Shown here in pieces: positions 17,447 to 27,661 of a DNA stretch of 64,000 nt. The stretch's first letter is position 1. The number at the start of each line of letters is the position of its first letter. The translations under genes and the position numbers were made by a program. The stretch comes from Candidatus Poribacteria bacterium (GTDB lineage Bacteria > Poribacteria > WGA-4E > WGA-3G): contig CAXXLX010000001.1 in NCBI GenBank assembly GCA_963665235.2, positions 4,096,001 through 4,160,000 on the forward strand. Direction: 5' to 3'. The notes below the pieces were generated by a model, which was not told the DNA's origin, ran no database searches, and was given only the letters and a program-made list of their open reading frames with translations.

Positions 17447-18781
17447 CTATTCACCGAAATGACTTGCAACAAGTGTCAAATCCAGGATGTTTACTCTCCC
17501 ATCCCCGTTGACATCCGCAGCGGGGGGCGCGTCCGGCTTACCAAAGTAAGACGCTACAAAGGTCAGATCGAGAATATTGACCTTGCCATCGTTATTGACA
17601 TCCCACGGCCTTTCCGGCGGTTTAGTAATCTTGGCATTTTCAACTGTCACGGGCAATTCCTGCCCTTTACTCGTTGCAACAAGCACGTCAGATAAGGTTA
17701 GTGCTGACGCTTTGACAGCAACAACTTCAAATGTTATCGTCACGAGGGTGCCCGCTGCTGCGCTTGCTGTAGAACCGATAGCAATTTTGGCAAAGGTAAT
17801 CTTATTTTCCCTAACATGTGTCGGAATATCCAACACATCCCCAGGTAAATAGTCCCCATGCGTCAGTGAGACATATCGGAGGGCTGTCGTGTCAAATTGC
17901 ACTGTGCCTTGATAACCGCCTACCTCACGTCCCTTAGCAATATCAACGGTGACAACGAGCTCTTGTCCAATATTAGGCGACTCCACCGAGGCAGGTGCAA
18001 TTCTAACAATTATTGGGGCTGGCGCGAGGCTTAGTAAGACAGCGAGTTCATCAATAGCGGCAGGGGTTTGGAGCAATACATGAACATCCGCATCACTAAG
18101 CACTTTCCTGACTTCTGCATCCTCTTTGAGAAGTGTTATGAATTCATCGTCAATCTGCGGCAACACTATTTTCAGCGCGTCCGGATTATCTACCACCAGC
18201 TTTATCGTCGTGGGGTTCAAGAGCTCCTGGTTCTCAGGGACTTTTAATTCGATGAGGATTGTGGGCAGCAATTGCCGAATATCTGGACGTTGAAAAAAGG
18301 GCCTATACCTTTCAAAAATTCGTTCTGCGAGTGAGCGTTTACTCGCGTCAAGTAAGGCTGTCAATTCATCAATCGCCGCTGTATCCTGAAACAAAGCCTG
18401 AACGTCCGCATCGCCAAGCATCGTTCGAATCTCCTGATCTGTTTTTAGCAGGGTAATAAACTCATCTGCTATATCAGGCACGAACCGCTTCAAGAGGTCC
18501 GGATCATCGAGCACTAACCCGATAGTTTCCGGTGTTAAAAGGGCTTGATTGTCCGGTTTTTTGATTTCAGTGAGAACAGTGGGCAGGAGTGTTTGAACAT
18601 CATCCCGCTGCAGAAGTGTCTGATATCTTTCAAACACCCGCTCAGCGAGAGAAGGCTCCTGACCGAACACACCCGTCGTGAAAATCAAACATATCCCCAC
18701 CATATAAAGGCAAACGAGGGGTTTTGAGAAGATGCTGGGCATCTCTTTCAGAGTATAATTGCGTTTAAAACGACAAAACAT
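17447..18781 (-). CDS. Secreted protein: two helical repeats, a cohesin-like domain and a dockerin type I domain
   Basis: Repeat SLAER(V/I)FERY...AAIDEL occurs twice; cohesin-like GGYQGTVQFDTTALRY...GTLVTITFEV; dockerin WDVNNDGKVNILDL / ADVNGDGRVNILDL. Confidence 0.85.
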   Translation of the reverse strand: MFCRFKRNYTLKEMPSIFSKPLVCLYMVGICLIFTTGVFGQEPSLAERVFERYQTLLQRDDVQTLLPTVLTEIKKPDNQALLTPETIGLVLDDPDLLKRFVPDIADEFITLLKTDQEIRTMLGDADVQALFQDTAAIDELTALLDASKRSLAERIFERYRPFFQRPDIRQLLPTILIELKVPENQELLNPTTIKLVVDNPDALKIVLPQIDDEFITLLKEDAEVRKVLSDADVHVLLQTPAAIDELAVLLSLAPAPIIVRIAPASVESPNIGQELVVTVDIAKGREVGGYQGTVQFDTTALRYVSLTHGDYLPGDVLDIPTHVRENKITFAKIAIGSTASAAAGTLVTITFEVVAVKASALTLSDVLVATSKGQELPVTVENAKITKPPERPWDVNNDGKVNILDLTFVASYFGKPDAPPAADVNGDGRVNILDLTLVASHFGE

Positions 18782-18840
18782 TGACTTCCTTCCTTATTCT
18801 ATCGGCGGTCTCTTAACCAAACAAGACAGACGCAGGGATT

Positions 18841-18964
18841 TAATAGGTCCTTATGATAACGGGATTTAAGTGGGAAACATAGCGGGCGAGGTGACCTCGC
18901 CCCTACGAGCCTATTGAAAATGGGGGTTTATAGGTCGGATTTCTCTTTGTTCAACCCGACCTAC
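18841..18964. repeat. REP family C (CGGGCGAGGTGACCTCGCCCCTAC) inside a short repeated element, plus a TAGGTCGG...CCGACCTAC palindrome
   Basis: Copies at 18883-18906, 34607-34630 and 48512-48535; a related palindrome at 56678-56708; flank GATAA.GGGATTTAA shared with ~34568-34640. Confidence 0.75.
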
Positions 18965-19005
18965 AGCGGTTGCGGATAAACGCAGAAACGCGCCATCGGC
19001 TTAGA

Positions 19006-19788
19006 CTAAGCGAGTACTTCTCCCGCCTCCGGATTGACCTTGAAACCGCCAGCCATAATGCTGTTATAAGGCTCCTTCGGGTCACGTCCGACAGGCCGCA
19101 TCTCCGGTGTGTGATATCCGAATCGTACTGCTTTCCGCCACTGCTCGGTACGATTGACCTCCGACCAATGGATAAGACAGTAGCTAAAGAAGATTACATC
19201 GCCTGCCTTTGCAGGAATAGGAATGGAGTCGATGAAATCCGGATGAAATTTATCGGTAGGCAGATGCGGTGCAGTGCCTGCCCCGGTGATGTGTTCCCGC
19301 GGTCCCTCTTTATGACTCCCGGGGACAACCCGCAGTGCCCCGCTCTCAAAAGGCGCGTCGTCAAGATGAACGAGACAATCAACGAAGTCAAGTCCATCGT
19401 GTGGATAAAACGGATAATCCTGATGCATAGGGAACGGGGTGCCTTTGTCCGGCGGCTTCGCATGCAGCACCGTATGATGCCATTGGATAGTATCCCCAAT
19501 AAGCGACTGAACCGCGCCAGTCAACCGCTCATGGAAAATGACCCTGCCCCACGTAGCCGAATAAAAATGGGGGTTGTGCATAAAAACTGCCTTAGTCGTC
19601 TGCTGGTCTTCCTCTTCAAGGTACCGGGAACGCCAAGGTCCAGGCCAACCGATGGTTTCCTGCCCCCAATTGTTAATAATCTTCACCATCTCAGAGGCAA
19701 GCTGCTCCGTCTCTTCGGGTGCAAAGAGTTGCTCTACCTTGAGGTAACCGTTTTCGTTGTAAAAATCAACCTGAGCTTGTGTTAGCAT
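19006..19788 (-). CDS. Phytanoyl-CoA dioxygenase (PhyH) family Fe(II)/2OG oxygenase
   Basis: FYNENGYL, HAKPP..PMHQDYPF, LRVVPGSH, KAGDVIFF..LIHWS..N. Confidence 0.93.
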   Translation of the reverse strand: MLTQAQVDFYNENGYLKVEQLFAPEETEQLASEMVKIINNWGQETIGWPGPWRSRYLEEEDQQTTKAVFMHNPHFYSATWGRVIFHERLTGAVQSLIGDTIQWHHTVLHAKPPDKGTPFPMHQDYPFYPHDGLDFVDCLVHLDDAPFESGALRVVPGSHKEGPREHITGAGTAPHLPTDKFHPDFIDSIPIPAKAGDVIFFSYCLIHWSEVNRTEQWRKAVRFGYHTPEMRPVGRDPKEPYNSIMAGGFKVNPEAGEVLA

Positions 19789-20094
19789 GTTGAACTCCTT
19801 AATTTTAAGTGGTTATATGGGTTAAAACCGGACATTTTACTTTTTAAACCTATGCCCGACCGTAAACACTTTGGTAGTCTGAATCGCGGAAGGCGCGGAG
19901 AACGCAGAGGACGCGGAAAGAAGGGGGGTTTTGCAAAATAGCCCTAGAGGGGCGATATGTTTATAGAATATTGGAAACCATTGGCTTATGGCCAAGAAAA
20001 AGAGGTTTTTGACACACGCCATAAACCTGATTAGAATCACAAACTCTTGCCAATTGCTAATCGCTAATTGCCGACGATGGCGAGACCGGACGCT

Positions 20095-20320
20095 TAGGCC
20101 GTTGCGGTGGTTTCATTCTCGCTTCCCCTTTCTGCCTTATCTTCTCCAATTCATCAATAATTTTTCGGAGCTCTCTTAAATCTTTGGGCAATTGGTCATC
20201 ATGCAGTGCCTACTCTGTAAACCACTGATTGACTGCGTCAGGCGTGAGGAGTTCTGGTGGCATTCTCCACTAAGGTGATGTGGATAATTCGGTCCAAATT
20301 GGTTCCGATAACCGCATTTC
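20095..20320 (-). pseudogene. Fragmented remnant of a hypothetical gene
   Basis: Short protein-like pieces (MPPELLTPDAVNQWFTE; LHDDQLPKDLRELRKIIDELEKIRQKGEARMKPPQRPK) separated by stops and frameshifts. Confidence 0.35.
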
Positions 20321-21014
20321 GTGCCGTTAATAATCGCCGGATGGTCGCATCGTCTGAAGTTAGGAAACATATCACTTTAGCAACATCGGCAGTGTCCACC
20401 CAACGGCTGTGGTCTTCATCGGGCATAGATTCCCGATTAATGGGGGTGTCCATAATGCTCGGCATGATGGCATTGACGTTGATACCAACATCCATGACCT
20501 CTGCCGCTAAGGCTTCTGTTAAGGTGCGTACGCCGCCTTTGGAAACACAGTAAGCACTTAAGCCAGCCTCACCCTTCAAGCCGGCGCGTGCGGAGACGTT
20601 CACAATTTTGCCGTACCCCTGTTCTGTCATGTGTGGAATTGCTGTTTTACAACAGAGGAAAACAGATTTGAGATTGAGGTTCATCATGAAATCCCACTGC
20701 TCCTCTTCAAGCTCTGCTGTCGGAATTCCACCGACAAATCCGCCAACGATATTGACGAGTATGTCAAGCCGCCCGAATTGCGTTATAAACGTTTCGAAGG
20801 TTTTCTGAACATCAGCCGCCTCGGTGACGTTCGCAAATAGAAAGGTAACATCTTTACTGCGTTCCGGGTTGTGCTGCTTAAAACGTTCCACCTCATCTTC
20901 GAAAAGATACGTGACGGCGACAGTGTCGCCTTGGGTGAGATAGGCTTTGGTTACAGCACTTCCGAGTATACCGGTTCCGCCAGTGATAAGGACGTGTCGG
21001 TTCTGTTTTGTCAT
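20238..21014 (-). CDS. SDR family oxidoreductase with aberrant (frameshifted) C-terminus
   Basis: ITGGTGILG, YCVSK, NAIMP; the expected ending AIING lies in another frame at ~20325-20340. Confidence 0.88.
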   Translation of the reverse strand: MTKQNRHVLITGGTGILGSAVTKAYLTQGDTVAVTYLFEDEVERFKQHNPERSKDVTFLFANVTEAADVQKTFETFITQFGRLDILVNIVGGFVGGIPTAELEEEQWDFMMNLNLKSVFLCCKTAIPHMTEQGYGKIVNVSARAGLKGEAGLSAYCVSKGGVRTLTEALAAEVMDVGINVNAIMPSIMDTPINRESMPDEDHSRWVDTADVAKVICFLTSDDATIRRLLTARNAVIGTNLDRIIHITLVENATRTPHA

Positions 21015-21028
21015 TTAAAATTCTCCTT

Positions 21029-22030
21029 TTAGCGTGTTAAGGCTCCGATACCGGGCCGGTTGGGTAAAATCAACCTGCCTTTATCCAGGGTTACACCGGT
21101 GTAGGGGTCATTTGAAATTAGCAGATTACCATCTAAATCTGCGTAGTCTACCAGCGGTGTCAAGTGTGCAGCGGCAGTAATACTGAGGGATGTCTCTATC
21201 ATACAACCGAGCATGACTTTTAAACCGTGTGCTCGCGCGACATGTATCATCCGGTGCGCTTCTAGTAAACCGCCGCATTTGACCAATTTGATATTGATAC
21301 CGTCGACGCAGTCAGCAAGTGACGGGATATCGCTTGCCCGTTTAACGCTTTCATCCGCGATAATCGGTAAGGCAACGTGTTCTCGGACGAACTTGAGCCC
21401 CATCCTATCGTCCGCTTTTGTGGGTTGTTCAATCAATTCAACGCCGTATTGGGCGAGTTGATGTATTTTATCAACAGCCTCCTTCGGTGTCCATGCCGTA
21501 TTAGCATCGACGTAGATAGGTTTATCTGTGACGTTTCGGAGTGCCCGGATAATCTCAATATCGCGAGGTGTTCCTAATTTGACCTTGAGAATCGGATATT
21601 CCGTGGCCTGTCGGGCTTTTTCCGCCATTACCGCGGGTTCGTCAAGTCCGATGGTAAAAGCGGTGTTCGGTGTTTTTTGTGGATTGAGTCCCCAGAGTTG
21701 ATAGAGCGGTATCCCTAATTTTTTGCCGAGTCGGTCGTGCAGTGCCATATCAATAGCAGATTTCGCTGCGTAGTTGCCATGGAGTGCCGTTTCAATATCC
21801 GCCATGACATGGTGAATTGGGTCAAGGTCGTTATCAAGTATGGGCGCGACGGTTTCTAACGCCGCTGCTACCGTTTCAACGGTTTCACCATAAAACTTCG
21901 CTGGTGCGGCCTCGCCAATACCGCCATCGAGTTCTACAGAGATGACGTGACGGTACGCATCTGTTGCACGGCGGGCAATTTTAAACGGCTGCTTGAGTTG
22001 TAGTTTCGTGATTTTTGAGGCAAGGGGCAC
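21029..22030 (-). CDS. Dipeptide epimerase (L-Ala-D/L-Glu epimerase, enolase superfamily)
   Basis: LKVKLG, VDAN, IEQP, IADES, INIKLVKCGG, DLDG. Confidence 0.92.
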   Translation of the reverse strand: MPLASKITKLQLKQPFKIARRATDAYRHVISVELDGGIGEAAPAKFYGETVETVAAALETVAPILDNDLDPIHHVMADIETALHGNYAAKSAIDMALHDRLGKKLGIPLYQLWGLNPQKTPNTAFTIGLDEPAVMAEKARQATEYPILKVKLGTPRDIEIIRALRNVTDKPIYVDANTAWTPKEAVDKIHQLAQYGVELIEQPTKADDRMGLKFVREHVALPIIADESVKRASDIPSLADCVDGINIKLVKCGGLLEAHRMIHVARAHGLKVMLGCMIETSLSITAAAHLTPLVDYADLDGNLLISNDPYTGVTLDKGRLILPNRPGIGALTR

Positions 22031-22032
22031 CG

Positions 22033-24213
22033 TTATTCTCCTCGCGTCTCTTTTAAATATAACATGAAACGTTCCCGTTCTTCCGCATCAATTTCACCAT
22101 CAGATTTCTTCAGGAAAGTCCACGCCCCTAAGAAGATAGCGGCTGCCTCCTGCGCAGCTGAGGTGTTCGGATAATTTAAAGACCTTATTTCAACCGTCAT
22201 CGCCATTTTGTTGGTCTCTTGCAGCACAGGCGTTGTCCTATCTTGCACAGTGACGATGGGGGTTTCAAAAAGTTTTTCGTTGAATTGTTCCAATATCCGT
22301 TTCAAAAAGGTCTCTGTGCCCTGATTCCCACGGTAGTGCGCGGCAACAACGGGCTGCTTCCCTTTCTGCCACGGCGCGTGATTAATTTGTAAATAGTAGC
22401 CATCATCTGCAATGGCGTTGATTGTAGCAATCCGTTTTTTTGTAGACATCTTTTGCCCGGGGGTATAAACGTTGGACACCTTTGCTGCAGCGAGTTCCAG
22501 CATCTCATTCAACAATAGAATGAGTTGACGCGTCTTTGGCGTATCCGTTTGTGAGTCAAGCACAATAACAGTGTCGGCAAACGCACCCTCCGCAATAGGG
22601 TGGAGCTTTAGATTGGTAACGGTCGCCTTATTTGGGGCTATCTGCACCTGCCGTTTTTCGGGATAATACCCCGGTTTTGAAAAGTGAAGTGTGGTTTCAA
22701 TTGGACTTTTCAAGGGAAGCGCGGTTTTAATGAAGTAGTGTCCCTCAGCATCTGTAGTAGCCGTTAGCTTAGGATTTGCATGCAATTGAACAGCAGGAAT
22801 CGGGGTGCCAAGGTTTGCATCAGAGAGCTGGCCCTGTAAAATCCGGTCCGAAATATTAGCGAAACGGATTTTTAGCGACTTGCGAGTCTGCCCGTAGGTG
22901 GCAGTCACGGTCGCTGTCCCGGGGGTATTAGGCGCGTACAGATAAAAGTGTGCTGTGCCATCCTTTGAAAGCCGCCTATCTGCCTTGAGCGTGCCATTTG
23001 TCGTTTGTGCCCGAATCGTTTCCGCATCGGCAATTGGCAATCCATCGGCATCCTGTGCCGTTACAGTGATACCGACATAACTTTTATCATCAAACGGGAG
23101 GGTATTTGTCCACGCGTGCAACTTTAGTTCAGCCGCAGGTGGTGCAACCTTAAACCACTGTGGCGAAGGTAGGCTATGATTGCCGTAATAATTGACCAAT
23201 TCGGTTTGAACGAAATGGACACCGTTCGACAACGGTTTTTTGAGAGCGACAGTGATTATATCTGTATCCCGGTCATAGCGAAACGGGACGTTCACATTGT
23301 CGATTTTGACCTGGATAGTGTTCGTGAAGACCTGTTGCCGTTTGAGCATCCACGTTCCACGTTCGTGTAAGCCATCCTTGACACGAATTTGAAGTGAAGG
23401 CGTTTTGTTTTTTATGACAGATTCATGCTGGGGTGTTATCAGCACCCCCTTCGGAAACCCAGCTTCAACGTACCGGGCGATTCCAAGAAAATAGCCGTAC
23501 GCCTCTCTTTTGAGGTAATCATCCTGCCGCAGCCGCGCCTCCTCTTCCGGATTAGAGTAGAAAGAGGCTTCGCACACAATTGCCGGACAGTGGGTCATTC
23601 GCAAGACACCGAACCCCGATGCGGTCATCAGCTTATCGGAATAAAGGCCTGTTGCTGCAGCGGTAGGTAAGCGGAGGGCATCGGAGACACCTAGTTGAAC
23701 GTAACGCGCGAGGTCAAGACTGGGACGCGATTCATCAGCGTCCCCGTGATACCACGTAGAGGTATAGTTAGTTTTCGGGTTATCTATTTTGTTATGGTGC
23801 AACGAAATGAAAAAGTCGGCGCGGCTTTCATTGGCAATTTGACTGCGCCTCGACAGACTAACGTAGGAATCATCAACGCGTGTCATGAGGACGGTAGCAC
23901 CGACTCCTTGCAACATCTGCTGTAGATAACGTGCTACTTTTAAATTAATTTCAGCCTCGCGAAGCCCTGTCGGCCCGCGTTTGTAATCGGGAACATGCGC
24001 TTGCCCGCCGTGTCCTGGGTCGAGACAGATTTTGATGCCGTTGAGGTGACGAGCGTACGGGGGGACTTCCATCTGAATCGTCTCCAGCTGTTGTGGAACC
24101 TCAGGCGGTTGTCCACAGTCGAACAATAGCAAGGCAAGAAGAGCGATAAAAAAAATCTGACAAATGAACCGCGACATATATGAACATCTCTTTTTATGTG
24201 GTTGGTTTGGCAC
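22033..24213 (-). CDS. N-acetylmuramoyl-L-alanine amidase (Amidase_3), multidomain probable lipoprotein
   Basis: ICLDPGHGG, REAEINL, FISLHHN, IVCEASF; Cys after a hydrophobic signal; Ig-like and carboxypeptidase-regulatory-like domains; true start may be MSRFICQ. Confidence 0.9.
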   Translation of the reverse strand: MPNQPHKKRCSYMSRFICQIFFIALLALLLFDCGQPPEVPQQLETIQMEVPPYARHLNGIKICLDPGHGGQAHVPDYKRGPTGLREAEINLKVARYLQQMLQGVGATVLMTRVDDSYVSLSRRSQIANESRADFFISLHHNKIDNPKTNYTSTWYHGDADESRPSLDLARYVQLGVSDALRLPTAAATGLYSDKLMTASGFGVLRMTHCPAIVCEASFYSNPEEEARLRQDDYLKREAYGYFLGIARYVEAGFPKGVLITPQHESVIKNKTPSLQIRVKDGLHERGTWMLKRQQVFTNTIQVKIDNVNVPFRYDRDTDIITVALKKPLSNGVHFVQTELVNYYGNHSLPSPQWFKVAPPAAELKLHAWTNTLPFDDKSYVGITVTAQDADGLPIADAETIRAQTTNGTLKADRRLSKDGTAHFYLYAPNTPGTATVTATYGQTRKSLKIRFANISDRILQGQLSDANLGTPIPAVQLHANPKLTATTDAEGHYFIKTALPLKSPIETTLHFSKPGYYPEKRQVQIAPNKATVTNLKLHPIAEGAFADTVIVLDSQTDTPKTRQLILLLNEMLELAAAKVSNVYTPGQKMSTKKRIATINAIADDGYYLQINHAPWQKGKQPVVAAHYRGNQGTETFLKRILEQFNEKLFETPIVTVQDRTTPVLQETNKMAMTVEIRSLNYPNTSAAQEAAAIFLGAWTFLKKSDGEIDAEERERFMLYLKETRGE

Positions 24214-24319
24214 TAGCAGGTCGAGTTGAACGAAGAGAAACGCGACACACTATAGGTGTCGTTAACCTTATCCATCTGTACAACGCGAGCTTGATAATAA
24301 ATGTCTGTTTGTGTTAACC

Positions 24320-24660
24320 TCTATAAAGATATCGTCCCTACGGGACTAAGAGCGGTGGGGAAACGGTTGGTTCTATAAAGATATCGTCCCTACGGGACTA
24401 ATACCAAATTTATCTGATTCATCGTGTTCACGGATCGCTCCGATGGAGCGGAAGAATGAAAAGAACAAGCCGGATTGTGTTAATTTGGTATAAGAGGTCA
24501 AAACTTTTTTTCAAACTCACGTTTCTATAAAGATATCGTCCCTACGGGACTAAGAGTTTTGGTTTTAACGGCTGCTCTATAAAGATATCGTCCTTGAAGA
24601 GCGGGCTGCTTGCCCGAATACTGGGACTAAGAGGTCAAAACTTTTTTTTCAAACTCACGT
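24320..24660. repeat. Cluster of four family A REPs with a nested MITE and a 29-nt cassette
   Basis: CTATAAAGATATCGTCC at 24320, 24373, 24525 and 24577; TAAGAGGTCAAAACTTTTTTTCAAACTCACGTTT occurs twice. Confidence 0.9.
24402..24490. mobile_element. 89-bp MITE, TIR TACCAAATT/AATTTGGTA, TAA target duplication
   Basis: GGGAC-TAA-[TACCAAATT...AATTTGGTA]-TAA-GAGG, versus the empty site GGGACTAAGAGG at ~24623; second copy at 56576-56660. Confidence 0.8.
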
Positions 24661-24664
24661 TTGG

Positions 24665-25123
24665 CTACCGTCGTCTGCTACGGAGGGTTTTGGGACGACC
24701 GAGGATTTCTTTGAGAATAATACCTTGCCGAAACGTTTCAGGCGATAAGTTTAGCAGAGATGTCGCCGGGAGCGGTTTCGTTGGCAGCGGTGTAGGCGAA
24801 TCTACAGGAACAGGCGGCGGTTCAATCTGTTTTTCCGCTTGAACTGTTTCAGGTGCAGATTGCCCTGACGTGCCTGATCTATCCTCTGCCCTCCCCACAG
24901 TTTCCTGTGCAGCTGTGGTTTCAGCGGGCAATTCCTCAAAATTCTCCATAAAGGGCGGAAAATCGGTTTTACTATTGACAGACGCATCGACCCCACCACT
25001 ATTTCCTTCTGCCTTCTTTTTCGCTATTGCCTTATATGACCTATTGGCAGAGATGATGACGTAAATTACGAAAATCAGCACCGCCAGGGGCGTGATAATC
25101 CGTGTCCAGACGAAGTAATCCAT
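24665..25123 (-). CDS. YqfB-like single-TM protein, paralog 2
   Basis: N-terminal TM; C-terminal FRQGIILKEILGRPK; lies after floA. Confidence 0.7.
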   Translation of the reverse strand: MDYFVWTRIITPLAVLIFVIYVIISANRSYKAIAKKKAEGNSGGVDASVNSKTDFPPFMENFEELPAETTAAQETVGRAEDRSGTSGQSAPETVQAEKQIEPPPVPVDSPTPLPTKPLPATSLLNLSPETFRQGIILKEILGRPKTLRSRRR

Positions 25124-25158
25124 GAAGCGAGTCTCCTAATCCGAAATGTCCAACCATT

Positions 25159-25185
25159 GTAGGCGCGGTTACAAACCGTGCCTAC
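25159..25185. repeat. GTAG...CTAC palindromic REP
   Basis: GTAGGCGCGGTTACAAACCGTGCCTAC. Confidence 0.7.
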
Positions 25186-25199
25186 CAATAGCGGTCCGT

Positions 25200-25646
25200 T
25201 TACCGCCTCCGAGACCGGAGGGTTTTAGGACGTCCGAGGATTTCCGCGAGAATAATACCTTGCCGAAACGTTTCGGGCGACAGGTCTGGCAAAGCGGTTA
25301 CCGGGAGCGGTTTCGCTGGCAGTGCTGTAGGCGAATCTACAGGCACAGGCGGCGGTTTTTGCTCCTCATTTTTCGGTTCAGGCTCTTTAGGCGGTTCCGG
25401 TTCGGACTGTTCAACAACAAGCGGGACAGCCGCCTCCTGGGCTTGCTCGACTGGCTGTGTTTCTCCTACCTCGAACGGAAAATTCTCCATGAAGGGAGGT
25501 AAGGCTTCCTGCCCATCAGGTGTTCCCTCAACCTCACCTTCTGTTCGTGTTCGCTGCTGTCTCGCTTTCCGTTGGCGTGACCCGCCGAGGACAATCGTCA
25601 AAATGATAACAACGAACATTATAATCATCTGTACGAATTCATCCAT
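25200..25646 (-). CDS. YqfB-like single-TM protein, paralog 1
   Basis: N-terminal TM, Pro/Glu linker, FRQGIILAEILGRPK. Confidence 0.72.
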   Translation of the reverse strand: MDEFVQMIIMFVVIILTIVLGGSRQRKARQQRTRTEGEVEGTPDGQEALPPFMENFPFEVGETQPVEQAQEAAVPLVVEQSEPEPPKEPEPKNEEQKPPPVPVDSPTALPAKPLPVTALPDLSPETFRQGIILAEILGRPKTLRSRRR

Positions 25647-25671
25647 CAGTTTTTCCTCCGTTAGTTATGGC

Positions 25672-26709
25672 TTAGGAAAGTCCGAGGGAATGTGCTGACC
25701 GGGTTGTGTCCATGTCTTGTGTGCCGCCCGGTGAAGCGATAGACTGGCGCATCTCGGTATCCGCGAGGATATTTCGGAGTGTATAGTAATCCATAACACT
25801 CATCTTTTCGGAATCAAACGAGTCCGATATAGAGAGCGGGATTTCCGCTTCCGCTTCAATCAATTTAATCGTCATTTCCTCGACGAGTGCTTTATTTTCT
25901 TCCTCTTCGGCTTCAGCGCGTGCACGTTGTTCTTCCGCTTTTGCCCGTGCTATCTTGAGTTCCGCTTCAGCCTGATCGGTTTGTAATTTCGCGCCGACGT
26001 TCTCACCGACGTTAATGTCGGCTATATCAATAGAGAGGATTTCAAAAGCGGTGCCTGCCTCAAGCCCACGGTCAAGGACAGTTTCAGAGATTCGCACCGG
26101 ATTTTCCAAAACCTGTTTATGATTTGCGGAGGAGCCGATGGTTGTGATAATCCCTTCGCCGACCCGTGCGCGTATCGTATCCTCAGTTGCCCCCCCGACG
26201 AGTCGGTCTATGTTTGCCCTGACAGTGACGCGTGCCTTCACAATGAGTTGGATACCATCGCGTGCGACAGCAGTGATACCGTTGCTAGGGTCCTCTTTAC
26301 TTGGAATATCAATAATTTCTGGGGTGACACTGACTTGGACAGCTTGTAAAACATCTCTGCCCGCGAGGTCAATAGCGGCGGCTTGTGCAAAATCGAGGTC
26401 GATTTTGGCTTTATCTGCGGCGATGAGCGCAGAGACAACGCTTGGGACACGTCCCCCTGCAAGGAAATGCGCCTCAAGGTCATCAAGGGAGAGGCTCAAG
26501 CCGGCTTTTGTTGCGTTAATTTGTGGTTCGACAATTCCTGATGGCGGCACGCGTCGGAGACGCATCGCAACCAGATCGAAAATTCCTACTTTCACGCCTG
26601 CTGCAATGGCTGTAATCCATAAACCGAGTGGCACTAGCCAAGCGATAATAATTAAAAATAGGACGATACAGACAGCAACAATCGCAAGTATAGCAGATGA
26701 TTCAAGCAT
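25672..26709 (-). CDS. floA: Flotillin-like protein FloA (YqfA/UPF0365)
   Basis: [50 protein letters not shown]. Confidence 0.93.
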   Translation of the reverse strand: MLESSAILAIVAVCIVLFLIIIAWLVPLGLWITAIAAGVKVGIFDLVAMRLRRVPPSGIVEPQINATKAGLSLSLDDLEAHFLAGGRVPSVVSALIAADKAKIDLDFAQAAAIDLAGRDVLQAVQVSVTPEIIDIPSKEDPSNGITAVARDGIQLIVKARVTVRANIDRLVGGATEDTIRARVGEGIITTIGSSANHKQVLENPVRISETVLDRGLEAGTAFEILSIDIADINVGENVGAKLQTDQAEAELKIARAKAEEQRARAEAEEEENKALVEEMTIKLIEAEAEIPLSISDSFDSEKMSVMDYYTLRNILADTEMRQSIASPGGTQDMDTTRSAHSLGLS

Positions 26710-26711
26710 GT

Positions 26712-27623
26712 TTATTCTCCATCAGTTAGGGGTGAAATATTTAAATTTCCTTCACGAAAAGCGGTTGCAAGGGCCCGCGGAACAGTCGCTTCAGCCTCAA
26801 CGACTCGCGCACGCATCTCCTGCACGTTTGCGGTCATCTGCTGCTTTTTAGCAACGGCAAGGGCGCGGCGTTCCTCCGCTTTCGCCTGGGCAACAACAAG
26901 GTCAGCCTCAGCCTGTTCAGCCTGAAGCTCCGCACCGATGTTTTTACCGACGTTCACATCCGCTATATCAATAGATAGAATTTCAAAAGCGGTACCCGCA
27001 TCAAGCCCACGGTCAAGCACCGTCTTGGAGATGATGTCGGGATTTTCGAGTACATCCTCATAGGTTTCGGAGGCACCGATTGCGCTGATGATTCCCTCTC
27101 CGACCCGTGCGATGATTGTATCTTCACCAGCACCACCAACGAGACGGTTGATATTGGTTCGGACAGTGATTCTGACGGTGGTAATAAGTTCTACCCCATC
27201 GAGGGCAAGTGCGGTAATCTTTTGTGTCGTAATGACGCGGGGATTTACACTGACCTGAACAGCTTCAAACACATCTCTGCCCGCCAAATCAATGGCAGCC
27301 GCTTGTGTGAAATCAAGATTGATGTTTCGCGCTTTATCAGCGGCAATTAGCGCGCTAACAACGTTAAGAACATTCCCTCCAGCGAGGTAATGCGCCTCTA
27401 ATTCTGAAGTCGCCACAGTCAATCCAGCTTTGTGGCTACTGATAAGTGCTCTGACAATGACGTTCGGATTGACTCGTCTCAAACGCATGCCGATTAGCTC
27501 TGAAATGCGAAGCGGTGCTCCAGCTGCGACGGCAGCAATCCAGAGCCCGACGGGGACAAACCAAAAGAATACAATGATAAAAATCAGAACAATGACAGCA
27601 ATTATCGGTATAATTGGTTCCAT
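26712..27623 (-). CDS. floA: Flotillin-like protein FloA paralog with shorter C-terminus
   Basis: [34 protein letters not shown]. Confidence 0.92.
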   Translation of the reverse strand: MEPIIPIIAVIVLIFIIVFFWFVPVGLWIAAVAAGAPLRISELIGMRLRRVNPNVIVRALISSHKAGLTVATSELEAHYLAGGNVLNVVSALIAADKARNINLDFTQAAAIDLAGRDVFEAVQVSVNPRVITTQKITALALDGVELITTVRITVRTNINRLVGGAGEDTIIARVGEGIISAIGASETYEDVLENPDIISKTVLDRGLDAGTAFEILSIDIADVNVGKNIGAELQAEQAEADLVVAQAKAEERRALAVAKKQQMTANVQEMRARVVEAEATVPRALATAFREGNLNISPLTDGE

Positions 27624-27661
27624 ATCTTATCTCCTTTCTTAGAACTACGGTTTCTAGGTTT

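Noticed and set aside
18970-19785. 271-aa + strand ORF (similarly 14131..14757, 26138..26851, 28463..29065, 57745..58407)
   Set aside because: Overlap well-supported genes on the opposite strand and have no recognisable motifs
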